Source of the DNA: Yuukianura sp. NJ FZ-2021
Lineage: Eukaryota
DNA: 64,000 bases
Reading direction: 5' to 3'
NCBI GenBank assembly: GCA_046563655.1
Contig: CM102289.1
Location: forward strand, 1,736,001-1,800,000
Shown here: positions 48,166-59,746 of the stretch, piece by piece
Layout: every line of letters starts with the position of its first letter
Numbering within the stretch: the first letter of the stretch is position 1
Notes under the pieces: model-generated
What the model was told of the DNA's origin: nothing
Databases searched by the model: none
What the model saw: the letters and a program-made list of their open reading frames with translations, nothing else
Made by a program: the position numbers and the translations under genes

Positions 48166-50314
48166 TTAGGCAGTTGGGAGTGGGATTTGAGCTGCGGCGG
48201 ATCTAAGGACTTTTCCTGTTTTTCCTCTTGGCAAAGCCTCAATGGCGTACACCCCGCCACGGAGTTTCTTGTACACGGCAAGTTTTTCTGAAAAAGTATA
48301 TATAAATTGATTGTAAATTGAAATAAAACTCTTTTTTTTTTGTTGTTTTCAGATTGTTTTCAACTCACGGTCAGCGAATTCCCGAATTTCGGTGGTGGTA
48401 GCGGTGGTTCCCGGTTTGAGAACGACGAGGGCTCTTGGAATGTGATCTCCTCCGTTTGGGTCGGAGATTCCGAAGACAACGACTTCGGCGACGGCTGGGT
48501 GATGGAGGATTTCGGCTTCGATTTCAGCTGGTGAGATCTGTAAAACCAAAAAAGTTCAGTTAGTTGAACCGGATCTCCTGATTAATTTTTTTTTGAAAAT
48601 TTCAGGAAAGGCGTACGTGATTGTTGTAATACTTGAACGTTTCCTTGATCCTGTCCACGATGAAGACCCATCCGTTATCGTCATAGTAACCCATATCACC
48701 AGTCTTCATCCACCCATTTTGAAAAGTGGCGGCAGTCTCTTCCGGTCGGTTCAGATAGCCTTGGGCCATAATCGGATTCTTGACACACAGTTCACCATTT
48801 TGGTTTGGTCCAAGGGTCTTGCCTGTTTCGAGGTCAAGGACCTTAAGGGAAGTGTTTGGCAGCAGCCGACCGACGGTCAAGGTTGGATGGTTTTCAATGG
48901 CCTTGAAGTCGTCAATTTCTCCGAGGTGTCCCGTTTGGTCCAGTGTGGTTGTCAAGACTCCGCATTCCGTGAGTCCAAATCCATTCAAAATGCATTTGAT
49001 ATTGGGCAGTAACTTCATGACCTTGAAAAAGTTCTCTGGAATAACCATGCCTCCGGTACAAACGGACACTATAGAACTTCTGTCATATTTGTGTGCCTCT
49101 GGATCAACTGCAAGGAGCATCAGGAACGTGGGGAATCCAAAGGCAAAGAATGGCTGAAATTCAAAAAATATCAAGGTTAGATTTTTTTTAAATTTTTGAA
49201 TTCTGAAAAATTCTTGTTGGAAATTTGAATTCTGAAATCGTGATTTCTACTTTTTTTTACCTTGTAGTTGTGAACGGCGTTGAAGATGTTTTCTTTTGTA
49301 ACTTGATGCATCATGACACCATGAGTTTTGCCAACGACATTGCGCATGGGCAGGAGCACTCCAAGGACATGCGTACATCTGAGGAGGAGGAGCGCCGGCT
49401 TATCAGTTGGTGGAATTCCGTTGAAGCTCATGAGGAACCCAATCATCGACATGTTCGTATACACTGCTCCCTTACTCTGGCCTGTCGTTCCACTCGTACA
49501 GAGGACCAGGATTGGATCACTCAACTGAGCATCGGGAACTCGAGCGGGGCAAGCTGAGTCAAAATTTCAAAAATTTTAAAATTAAAGTTCAAATTTACAT
49601 TTTTAGGTTAAATTGAATTACCTTCTCCATCATCCAATAAGAAATCATCGACTGAAATTGCTCCGTCGGCTTTTCCAAAAACAAAGACGTCGATTGGCCA
49701 ATTGACTTGCGCAATGGCTGCTCTTGCTTGTGGAACGGAAATTGGATCGCAGAAAATAAACTTCGCCTTGGACTCACGGATACGCATGATCAAAGTTTCT
49801 GAAAAACGTCAACCATGTTCTTTAAAAATACTAACTTTTTTTTTGGAAAATCTCGAAATGAAAAAATTTCAAAAAATTTTGTTTACCAATAGTGTCTTCT
49901 GGATATGAAGAGTACATGACACCACCAGCACGCCAGACACCAACAATCACTCCAAAAATCCGGGTAACGTCACTGGTCAAGTAAAGTGCGAAATCTCCCT
50001 TCTGCATTCCACGCTTGACCAAAGTGCTGGCAACTTTTCTGGAAAATGGTTCCAGTTCCGGTGCAGTCAACTCCTCACCAGTTACGGAGTTTGTCTAAAA
50101 TTTTTAGAACCATTTTGAAAAACTTAAAAAAAAAACTTTTCTTAAAATTTTCTAGACTTACCATCCATTTGACCTGACCAGCAGCCACATTTTCTTTGGT
50201 CTTCTCCAGCATGTACTCTACAGCACTGGTGGTAGTTAGTTTTGGAAAAGGGACCGGCGGATACGTCGAGTGCAAAATCTTTTCCTCATTGTCTTCGTTC
50301 GGTTTGACAACCAT
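48166..50314 (-). CDS. Luciferase-like / 4-coumarate-CoA-ligase-like acyl-CoA synthetase (ANL family), 552 aa, 7 exons
   Basis: Exons 50314-50162, 50094-49887, 49798-49622, 49553-49261, 49153-48617, 48537-48369 and 48287-48166 (1659 nt). P-loop TSGTTGQSKG, GFGLTE, GELCVK, GWMKTGDMGYYD, VDRIKE, ISPAEIE and terminal LPRGKTGKV. Confidence 0.9.
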
Positions 50315-51300
50315 TTTGAAAAAATTGAAAGTTGTGCCGGGAAGTAGCGAATTAAGTCTAGACTGCGGCTGATCTCAAGGATTCTGCTCGAATGACACTG
50401 ACTCCAAGTGAGGCCGGCGTATTTATCGATCTGTCTGTCGATAACAAAATACATTGTCTCCTATACAAAACACGACCAAAGTGTGTGTTTTTAGCTTATC
50501 GTCCTTGTCCAACTTTCCAGGTTCCATAAGTGTATTGTTTTTTGGAAACTGGAAATGTGTCACACATCAATCCGAGATAATTAAAAAAAGCCATGGGTTG
50601 ATTACGAAATGAAACAATAAGCTACAAGTGCCAAGGATTGTGCCTTGACACTTATGGAAAAACGGCACACGTTCGAAAACCCCGCTGCATTGCGCAGGCG
50701 TGAAACCCCAGTTTGGACAACAACTTGCAAATATTTTGAAAAATTGCGCAATAACTGCAATTTTGGATAGTTGTTTTAAGTAACTTGTGATTTCGGACAT
50801 TCCCTCCGGGGTAAACCCCAAGTGGCCATCGAGACCCGGGAAAACTCAAAATTTTGAAGTATCAAAAGATAACTTTTTCACAATGTCGTGTGACGTTTGT
50901 GATAAAATGGGCTGAAAATAAATGGGAAATTTGGAAATATTAAACTTTCCCATTCAATTTAGGGATTCCAAATTACGTTCATCTCGATTTATATTTTAAA
51001 ACGACTCTCCACTTTTAACAAATACGTACAACTACTTGAGAATTTTTGAATTTAAGTATTTTCCACCTGCAAAATTCTAGGTATTTCACAATTTTTTTTT
51101 GCGAAGCGCCTATTTTTGTGTGGTTTCGATGAATTCTTCGATTTTTCTGCAGAAATTTCAGTCTGATGCAATATGCTGTGCTTTCTCTAAAAGCTTACCA
51201 AAATAGGTTACTTTACTGTGCTAAATTTGTTTCGTCAGAATAAAAAATTGGAGAAAAAATTTACCAATTCAAACAAAAAATGACGAGAACGTTTTTCTTT

Positions 51301-51733
51301 AAGATGCGATGACTTAACCAACCGTCTTTCAGTCTGCTAAAAATATCTCGTTTTGTCTCCATATGCTCCATCAGTTGAAAACTGAGGAATAGACGAACGT
51401 TTTCACCATGAGCAAGGCAAAGAAAGGTCAAAAGAAGGGCGTGGTCACGTATCCTAAGAAAGCAGATTTCGAATGTGTTCCGGACGAAGATGCTGTCACG
51501 GTGGAAAACAATGGGAAATTTTACGAGGTACTCGAAAAAAAAAAGTATAGTTCAAATAGAATTTTTTAAAATTTGATCATTTTTTTTTTTGAAAAGTTGT
51601 CTATGGATGCCCGGAGTTTTAAGCCGGAAGAAGTAAAAATTCGGATCACGGCTACTCACGTGATTATTGAAGGCCTGCATGAAACTGACGAGGAAATTAC
51701 GGAATGTAACGAAGAAATTGTCATTCCGGAAGG
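51301..51733 (+). pseudogene. Truncated duplicate of the 5' end of the multi-alpha-crystallin gene
   Basis: 51337-51733 nearly matches 56851-~57246 (ATG 51408, exon 1, intron 1 and half of ACD1), and 51301-51338 matches 56357-56394. Similarity stops at IVIPEG and the frame ends at 51812. Confidence 0.85.
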
Positions 51734-52259
51734 AATGTACAATTTAGTAGGCTACAATTTATTAAAAGAAGTGTCACAAGTGAAACTTTGTATTTTGAGA
51801 GGTTATCATTAACTTACATCGACTTTCGAGTTACTAGCAGTCATTAAAAATGCTATGGATTTTTTGAAATGCTTTGCAGAAACATGATCCAGAAAGGTGG
51901 TTGTTAAAATACAAACTCATCCACAAACCCAACATAACGTAACCGCCAGGAAGAAAGAATACCTTGTTAAGAGTACTCATTATTAAAGTAATGTCAATAT
52001 GAAATGTCATTCCACGAAGCCTTCTCTAAACCCAGGTTTTAAGTATTTAATTAAGAGGAGAGTAACATATGTTTCAGGTTTAACCTGCTTCTGCTCGCCG
52101 CAGCAACTGACAAACTCTGAATTTGCCTTCAAAAATGAAACTGAACCAAAATTTAAAACAACAGAGGATCCCTCGTTTGAAATCTTTAAAAAAAAGTTTG
52201 AAAAAGTACCCCGGAGTACTCAATGTCATTTGACTATAAAGGCATGTTTGTCAAACACT

Positions 52260-53100
52260 AACTAAACAAAATGATGCTATCATTCCCAAGTCCCACGAAC
52301 CGTTTAAAACTTTTGGTGGGGCGGATTGCCTTTTTTTGTTTGTTTTTAATTCTTATTTAGTAACGTCTTCCATCGTTCAATCGATCGGTAAAGTACAAAG
52401 TAAATTCCTCCAACTGAAATAAGCTTGGCTCCGTCCTGAATAACCTGGGGAGGATTGCTCAAACCAATGATGAACATTTAAACGGGCATATTTCACTTGG
52501 AGGAATTCACTTTGTAGAAGGGTAGTACGAAAGAAAACGTTGTTAAATAAAAATTAAAAACAAACAATCCACCCCACCAAACAATTTCGCAAGAAACAAT
52601 TAAACAACTACTCTTGAGACTACCCAAGGTAACTAAACAAAATGACACACCGCATTACTAAGGTAGTCTCACGAGCGGTTTTTTTCAGTTTTTTTGCAAA
52701 AGTATATAGTGGGGTGGATTGTTTGTTTTTAACGTTTCTGTGCAAACGTTTTCCTGTGGTTGGAGTACAAAGTAAATTCATTCACTGTAACCACTCAGTG
52801 TAACCACTCATCAAACCTGTAGTTTATATCGGTTTTAGGATTGGAAAATGGAAGAAAAAGTTTTATGCTTATAGTTGTTACTAAAAATTCATTCCATCTC
52901 AATTGCAAATTAGTTGATTTTGTGCCAAATATCGAACACTGGTTGCAAGTAACACATATCGTTACCTCAACCAACTTAAGCACGAATTTATCGCCTTGGA
53001 TACCACCCCATAGACTTTCGCAAAAAACAATTTAAAAACGGCTCGTGAGACTACCTTAGAAAGCCCGTGTGTCTTTTTGTTTAGTTGCCTTGAGACTACC
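52260..53100. mobile_element. Composite of two related MITE-like inverted-repeat elements
   Basis: AAGGTAACTAAACAAAATGACACA...CTAAGGTAGTCTCACGAGC (~52627-52677) is inverted at GCTCGTGAGACTACCTTAG...TGTGTCTTTTTGTTTAGTTGCCTT (~53042-53091). A diverged copy of the same left arm starts at ~52260. The GGTGGGG(C/T)GGATTG / CAATCCACCCCACC motif appears in both orientations. Confidence 0.6.
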
Positions 53101-53674
53101 GTAGTATGTGATAGTGTCAATTTGGTTAGTTTCCTTGGGCACAATTTGGCAAGGTCAATATTTTTTTTCGTTTTCACGGCTCTTTAAAAAGCAACAACTC
53201 CTGTTTCAGAAAGTCGTACAGCATAACCCCATGGACAGGCTAGGTATTGAATTTGCATTAAATAGTGAACATCTTTACACCAGAGCTGGAGACACTGACA
53301 ACATCAACACTCCGTGCTCCCATCTCCGTGACGACGGCAACATCAAATTCATTGGCAAATTTGATTTGGAAAAGCAGTGACAACGACAAAATTACAAGGC
53401 ATCTAACTGTGTTGGCATCTTGGCATCGATTATGCTGGCGCCCAAATTACTGGAGAGGAACAATAAAAATAATTTTAATGTGTTATAATAATTATATTAT
53501 ATTATACTATATTACGTTATTATATTAATAATAATAATTGTATAAAACAAATCAGTTTAATATTTATTAAGGCTGATCTTAATATGTTAACCTTCCATAG
53601 TATTTAGAACTAAATTCTACATTACCGAATTATGTCTGACAATATACTTGCGGTAAGGAATTGCCATTTTTGAT

Positions 53675-53970
53675 TATACCTCTACTAAGCTACAATTTAG
53701 TAGTAAAGGTTAATTACTCTAGTGGGCTACAGTTTACTAAAAAAAAGAGGTTAATTACTCTATCAGTCTATAATTCACTAAAAAAAATATTTTTACTCCA
53801 ACATTGCTCTGCAATTTACTGAAAAAAGTTAATTACTCTAGCAGACTATAATTTACTAAAAAAGTTAATTATTCCAGCAGTTTGCAAGTCACTAAAAACG
53901 ATTAATTACGCTAAGGTTACAATTTACAAAAAAAAAGTTTCTCTAGTTGGCTACAATTTAGTAAGAAAAA
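53675..53970 (+). repeat. Degenerate ~40-bp tandem repeat (~7 copies)
   Basis: Unit approximately gttaattactctagxxgxctacaatttactaaaaaa. Confidence 0.75.
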
Positions 53971-54433
53971 CTTTTAACAAGTTCTTCAAGCATGTAATCT
54001 TTTAATAACATATCATCAACTTACAATTACCTTAGACTTTACTACCCGCCAGGCAAGAAACTGTATTTTTTAAATACCTTGCATCAGCCAAGATGAAAAA
54101 TTTTTATGTATATAATTCGAATTTCCTCATAAACCAACTTCAAACAACCGCCAAGGTAGAAAAAGAAACTTTTTAAGGGAGAACAAAGTTTCATTATACA
54201 ATATCAATCCTAGAATCAAATACAAAAATTTAATTAACTTCGTATAAAATGAAAAAAAACTGTTTTCTGAACGTTTGAAACAAGTACGTATTTGTTTTAA
54301 TTTTAACCAAGGAACATTCTCAGAATACATGAATAGCTAAGGTATAACTATAAAATGTAAAAACGTTCTACTTTTTCGTGTTACCGCTTTAGATATTTTT
54401 TTTTGTTCATTAAGGCATAAAAATTAAGGCATA

Positions 54434-56052
54434 ATGAAGGATCAAACCAATTTGTGGGTAAGCCTAATGTATACTTGGATAAGTTTTATGCGCTACGTAC
54501 CGATAACATACCATTTTGGACAAGGACGACCTGATACTATTGCTCACATAAAAAACAAGCTAGCTTACAACTTGTTTGCCGTATTTTCTACGGTTGCTGT
54601 TGGAACAGCTTTATCATTTTGGTACTACGAAGCCATGCTCGGCACTGCGACGGAATTTGAAAAAATAATTGCTTTTGGTGTAAGCAATCTCCTTAGTGTA
54701 ACGCATATATCACAATGGATTCTACTTATTCCAACTACACGACAACGTTTCATCAATGTCACAAACATTACGCTAGATACCAAGTTCAATCTTTCCAGAA
54801 AGTTGCCGCGCTCCTATGAAATGATAAGTTTCCTCTTCTCTGCCGCATCAATAATGTATCCATTTATCATACTGCCATTTGTATACGCTATGTCATGGGC
54901 ATTACCTGGGCTGTTCACAACAATTCACAATGTACTGGCAGTTACAGCGTCACAACTCAGCATCCCGCAGACTACCGCCTACGTCTGGCTATTCGCCGTA
55001 TTTAAGATAGTTGCTTTCACCAGTATTGCAATTGGCATGGGTCATGCAACTGTTAATGTTGTTACTCTGTTTCATTTGATCTTTACATATTTGTTCACAA
55101 CTAATCAACTAATAAAGGATCTCAGCTGCATAAGGTAAGTTTAGCCCAAATCACAGTTTATATGAAACGAAAATAGTTTTTTCTTTAATAGGTTAGGCAA
55201 TAAGTTGCCGTTTTATTTTTTCGTTTTGGAAATTCCTCAAATTAAAACGCATGTCGGCAACTTCCGTTTCTCTGGAAATTTTTCCTCCGAACTTTTTTTT
55301 TTATTTCAAACGTACTTTCTGATTGGGCAAAGTTTTAAATTTTTGCACAAAAAGAGCAATAAGCAAGTTCAAGGGAAAAAATTGTTTACAGCGACATTTT
55401 TGGAAAACGAAACTTATTGCCTAACCTGGTAAAGGAAAACTATTTGGTTGCTATAGAAACCTTGGCCCCAATTTTCATTATACTGCATTTATTCTTTTAG
55501 ATAAGTTTGAAGCACTTTTTATTAACTCACACTTGAAAAAATATTTTACTTCTTTTATTATATAGCGAAGTACGGCGGCAGAAAGGTGGCAATTGCTCAG
55601 GAACTCAAATTTGTCCAGATTCATTGGAGTATCTCAAAGTTAAAGTAATTGGTGAATCATTTAAAGCAGCTTCTGGAGATATAATTACTGTATTTGTAAT
55701 TAATGTTTTGACGGGTATTGTCGTCTTCTCATTTTTTGCTATTCGTGCCAGCAGTGACTATCCCCTTGCGATAGTTTTTGCTATTGTTAGTGCCGATTTT
55801 GTTTCTATAGCAAGTGCAGCCCTGCTCTTATCCATGTCCACTGATCAGTACATTTTATCTAAAAGTTTAATTGAAATGGCTCGTCACCAAGCAAGAAAGT
55901 CCTGTTCAAAATACGAATCAAAATTTTGGAAGGGCATGACTCCATTGCGCATCGGTATTGGAGGTTTTGCTTCCCTTGAAACAAAAGAATTCATTTTGTT
56001 CATTTGGTCACAAGTCATTTCGTCAATTCTGAGTCTCCTCTTAGCATCTTAG
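54434..56052 (+). CDS. Gustatory-receptor-like 7TM chemoreceptor, divergent subfamily (395 aa, 2 exons)
   Basis: Exon1 54434-55134 (AG|gtaagt, phase 2) and exon2 55566-56052 (tatag|C) join in frame. Several TM segments, basic loop KFWKGMTPLRIGIGG and a terminal hydrophobic helix. Confidence 0.7.
55144..55469. mobile_element. MITE in the intron of the plus-strand GR-like gene
   Basis: Imperfect long TIRs containing the exact inverted pair AGGTTAGGCAATAAGTT / AACTTATTGCCTAACCT. Confidence 0.65.
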
Positions 56053-56554
56053 AAAACATTAGTAAGTACAAAATAGTGCAACTTAATGTATCTAGAATAA
56101 TGCAATATTCGTAAACTTATCGCGTTGGATGAGTGAATTTAAACCGAAATTTTACTATTGTTCATTTCATTGACTTTTTACATGTTTGTTTTAGAATGAA
56201 TAACTCAATGGGCATTTGTTGAATGCCAAAATTAATAATTTGCAAGTTTAAGAACTCACATTATTCTGTTATATGTACTTCATTTCAAAGCTCCACGTTG
56301 CAAATGGCTAATTAAAGAAATGTTCAGTTGTTATTTTACTTTTAACTTTTTTATTAAAGATGCAATGACTAAGCCACCCGTCTTCCAGTCTGCTGCATTT
56401 TTGAATACGTTATATTTAGAACTTCACACCCAACTTCTATCCAAATGGATTCGACTTTGAAAAAAAATGGGTTTGAACAAACACAAAAAATTGGCAAAAA
56501 TTCTTCTTTTTTTAAAATCCTCCTTAAATCTTTTCCAAAATCTCTGCATCAGTA

Positions 56555-56672
56555 TCAGTTCTTACACGGATACTGAACTCTACAAAACTTTCGTTCTTTT
56601 GCTCACTTGTTACTGCCAACGCCTTCGTTGTTTGAAAAAACACTTTTGACATTTGAAAATACTGCTAAAAAG
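56555..56672 (+). promoter_or_regulatory. Putative initiator and non-coding first exon of the multi-alpha-crystallin gene
   Basis: Arthropod Inr TCAGTT at 56555 and a strong donor AAAG|gtaaga at 56672/56673, ~240 bp upstream of the ATG. Confidence 0.45.
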
Positions 56673-56912
56673 GTAAGAAAAAAGTTTTGAAAATCGTTTT
56701 ATAATTTGCGACGCTGCTAGTTAAAGTCACTCACTCCAAGTAATTCAATATTTTCGAATTAACTTTTTTGAAATTTATTGAAATCCGACTTGGAGCGGAT
56801 CCAATTTCTACGAAGATTTTTTCAAATTAATCTTAAACTTTTTTTGAACACTAAAAATATCTCGTTTTGTCTCCATATGTTGCCATCTGAAGAATAGACG
56901 GACGTTTTCACC

Positions 56913-59125
56913 ATGAGCAAGGCAAAGAAAGGTCAAAAAGAGGGCGGGGTCACGTATCCTAAGAAAGCAGATTTCGAATGTGTTCTGGACGAAGATGCTG
57001 TCACGGTGGAGAACAATGGAAAATTTTACGAGGTACTGAAAAAAAGTATAGTTGAAATAGAATTTTTTAAAATTTGCTCATTTTTTGAAAAATTGCTTTT
57101 TTTGAAAAGTTGTCTATGGATGCCCGGAGTTTTAAGCCGGAAGAAGTCAAAATTCGGATCACCGCTACTCATGTGATTATTGAAGGTCTGCATGAAACTG
57201 ACGAGGAAATTACGGAATGTAACGAAGAAATTGTCATTCCGGAGGGAGTTGTTCCATCGACAATTGAAGTTCTGATGAATTCAAATGGAGTTTTGAGAAT
57301 CCGCGGTCCAATTAAACTTAAAGAAGTTGACCTGCCATGTACCGAGACCACACGGACCGTGACCACGGCAGAAACAACGGAAAAGACTAATGTCAAGAAG
57401 TCAACTGTCATTGACGAGAGTTCTGAGGAGGTCAAGGTCGTTGAGACGAACGTCATGGATCCATCTACTGAAGCTAAAATTCTGCAGGACAAGAAATTTG
57501 TCGACTCCACCAAGGACATTGTCACCAAAAATGGAAAACTGGAGGCAAGTTTTCAACAAAATTTGAAACTTTTTTTTTTGAAAAATTACTAAATTTTGAA
57601 TTTTCGAAACATAGTTGAACATTGACGTGAGAGGTCGCAAGGAAGAAGACATCAAGGTCAGTGTGTCCAAACGCATCGTGGCTATTCAAGTCGTTGACAA
57701 GGAAAGCAAAGACCGCTCGAAGGAAATTCACAAAAAGTTTTTGATCCCGAATGGAGTCGATCCCGCGTCCTTTCGAACGCTGCTGAAGAAGGGCGTCCTC
57801 ACTGTGAGCATGGACGATCCCAAAGCAGCTGCTCCACCAAAGGCAGCTCCTCCACCAAAAGCAGCCCCACCACCAAAACCTGCCCCACCACCAGTTCAGG
57901 AGCCACCAAAACCGGAGCCACCAGTGCCACTGGAATCAAAAGTTGTTGAACCCAGAGAAGTCGCGGCACTTGAACGTCGGTGTGAAGATATCACCAAGCA
58001 AGTTGTCAAAACTGAAAACAAAAAATTTGAGGTCATTTTAAAAAAATTCTAAACAAGCGGTAAATTTTGATTTTGAAATTCAAAATTTCCATTTGTTTAG
58101 GCCAAAGTGAATGTAAGCGGATACAAAGCCGAAGAGCTCAGAGTCAAAGTGACCAAGAAAATTGTGATCGTCCACACCGAAACCCGCACCATGACGAGAC
58201 AATTCAACAAGAAAATTGTTTTGCCCGCAGGCGTAAATCCGGATTCGGTCGTCAATTCTCTGACACCTTCGGACGGAATTTTAACAATCTCGGCGCCAAT
58301 TACGGACGAACCGCTTTCTGAACCGGTCGAAGTCACTCCGCAATTGGATTTGGCCAACACTACAACCACAACGGAATCTCAGTTTGAAGACATTTCCAAA
58401 CAAATTTCTCCCGGGAAATTTGAGGTCAATTTTCAAAAAGAAAGTTCTAAAAATTTTAATTTCATGTTTTCAAAATTTACTTTCAGGTGGAAATGGATGT
58501 TTCGGCGTTCAAACCGGAAGAAATTGAAGTGAAAGTAATGAAAAGCATTGTGACCATCAAGGGCCAGCAGTCTGTCCAACAATCACAGTCGTCTTCAAGC
58601 CGCCAATTTTTCAAAAAATTTAACATCCCCCAAGGGGTCAAGGCCGAGCAAATCAAGTTCACTTTTACTACAAAAGGAACGCTAAGAGTCTATTCTGAGC
58701 AGACGCAGACGCAGACAACTCAAGAGACGACGCAGTTGAGCAAAAGTGGATCCACGATTAAACCGGAAATCATTGGCAGTGGTCTGGGGTCCACGTCGGG
58801 TGGAATGGTCGCCAGTGGCGACAGTATCAAATTTGAGGTAGGAATTTCAAAAAAGTCGGGTTTTGCGAAAAATTTTAAATTTGAATTTCATTTGTGTTCA
58901 TTTTAGCGGAAAGTTGATGCTGCTGGATACAAAGAAGATGAAATCAAAGTGTCGATTGCAAATGGGTGGATCACGGTTACCGGCAAACAGCAAATGGGCC
59001 CGGAACTAAATTTCCAAACGCGCCAATTTACAAAGAAATTTTCTGTTCCTTATGGAGTTAAACCAGAAACGATCACTTGCAATTTGCAACCAAGCGGAAC
59101 TTTGGTCATTTCTGCCAGTCCTTAA
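56913..59125 (+). CDS. Small heat-shock-family protein with five tandem alpha-crystallin (HSP20) domains, 621 aa, 6 exons
   Basis: Exons 56913-57032, 57110-57544, 57615-58031, 58101-58424, 58487-58837 and 58907-59125 (1866 nt, all introns phase 0, intron 2 is GC-AG). Five repeats of KFE|xxxDVxx(F/Y)KxEExxVxV...F..K..xPxGV.......GxLxI. Confidence 0.9.
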
Positions 59126-59746
59126 TAACGAACTCTCCCATTTGATTTAAAAAATTTCCCACGCTACACTACTGCTTGTCTGTCCTGTGTGCTGCCTCCA
59201 ATAAAAAAAAGTGTTCTAGAACGAAAACAGAAGTCTCAAAAAATATTTCTCTACTGTTGCTCTCACAACAGCAAAAAAAAGCTCATAAAGTTCAATTTCA
59301 TTTCAATAAAATACGTGAGATAAAAATTTAAATTTACTTTTTAGCAGAGTTTTCCTTCTCTTTTTTTTTTTGTACAACATGTTCACCTCCAGATGCTAAT
59401 CTCGTTAATTAATTACCTTTGTAGAGAATTTCCGCAAGAGTGATTCTTGTTAGAAAAAATGGACTGAAAGTTTTATGCAATGATTGCACACAAATGATTA
59501 AAATGAAGGTCAACTTTTGCTTGTTGAAGTCTTCTCACAAATAAACTGACAAGAACCATTTGAGTCACTTTTGCAGGATTTTGAATAAAAACTATAGCAA
59601 ATTTTCTTTTCTACTCTCCCAACTCAAATTTAGAATTTATTTTTAAAAGTTGCATCGTAAGTTAAACTTTAAGTTTAAATCTTAAAAGTTGATATACTTT
59701 GGACACTTTTTAGTCTCAAGAGTTGGTGAATCGGGAATCTAGGAAG

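Noticed and set aside
48166..50314. True luciferase / bioluminescence system
   Set aside because: Luciferase-like ANL synthetases are widespread in non-luminous arthropods, and nothing in the sequence specifically indicates light emission.
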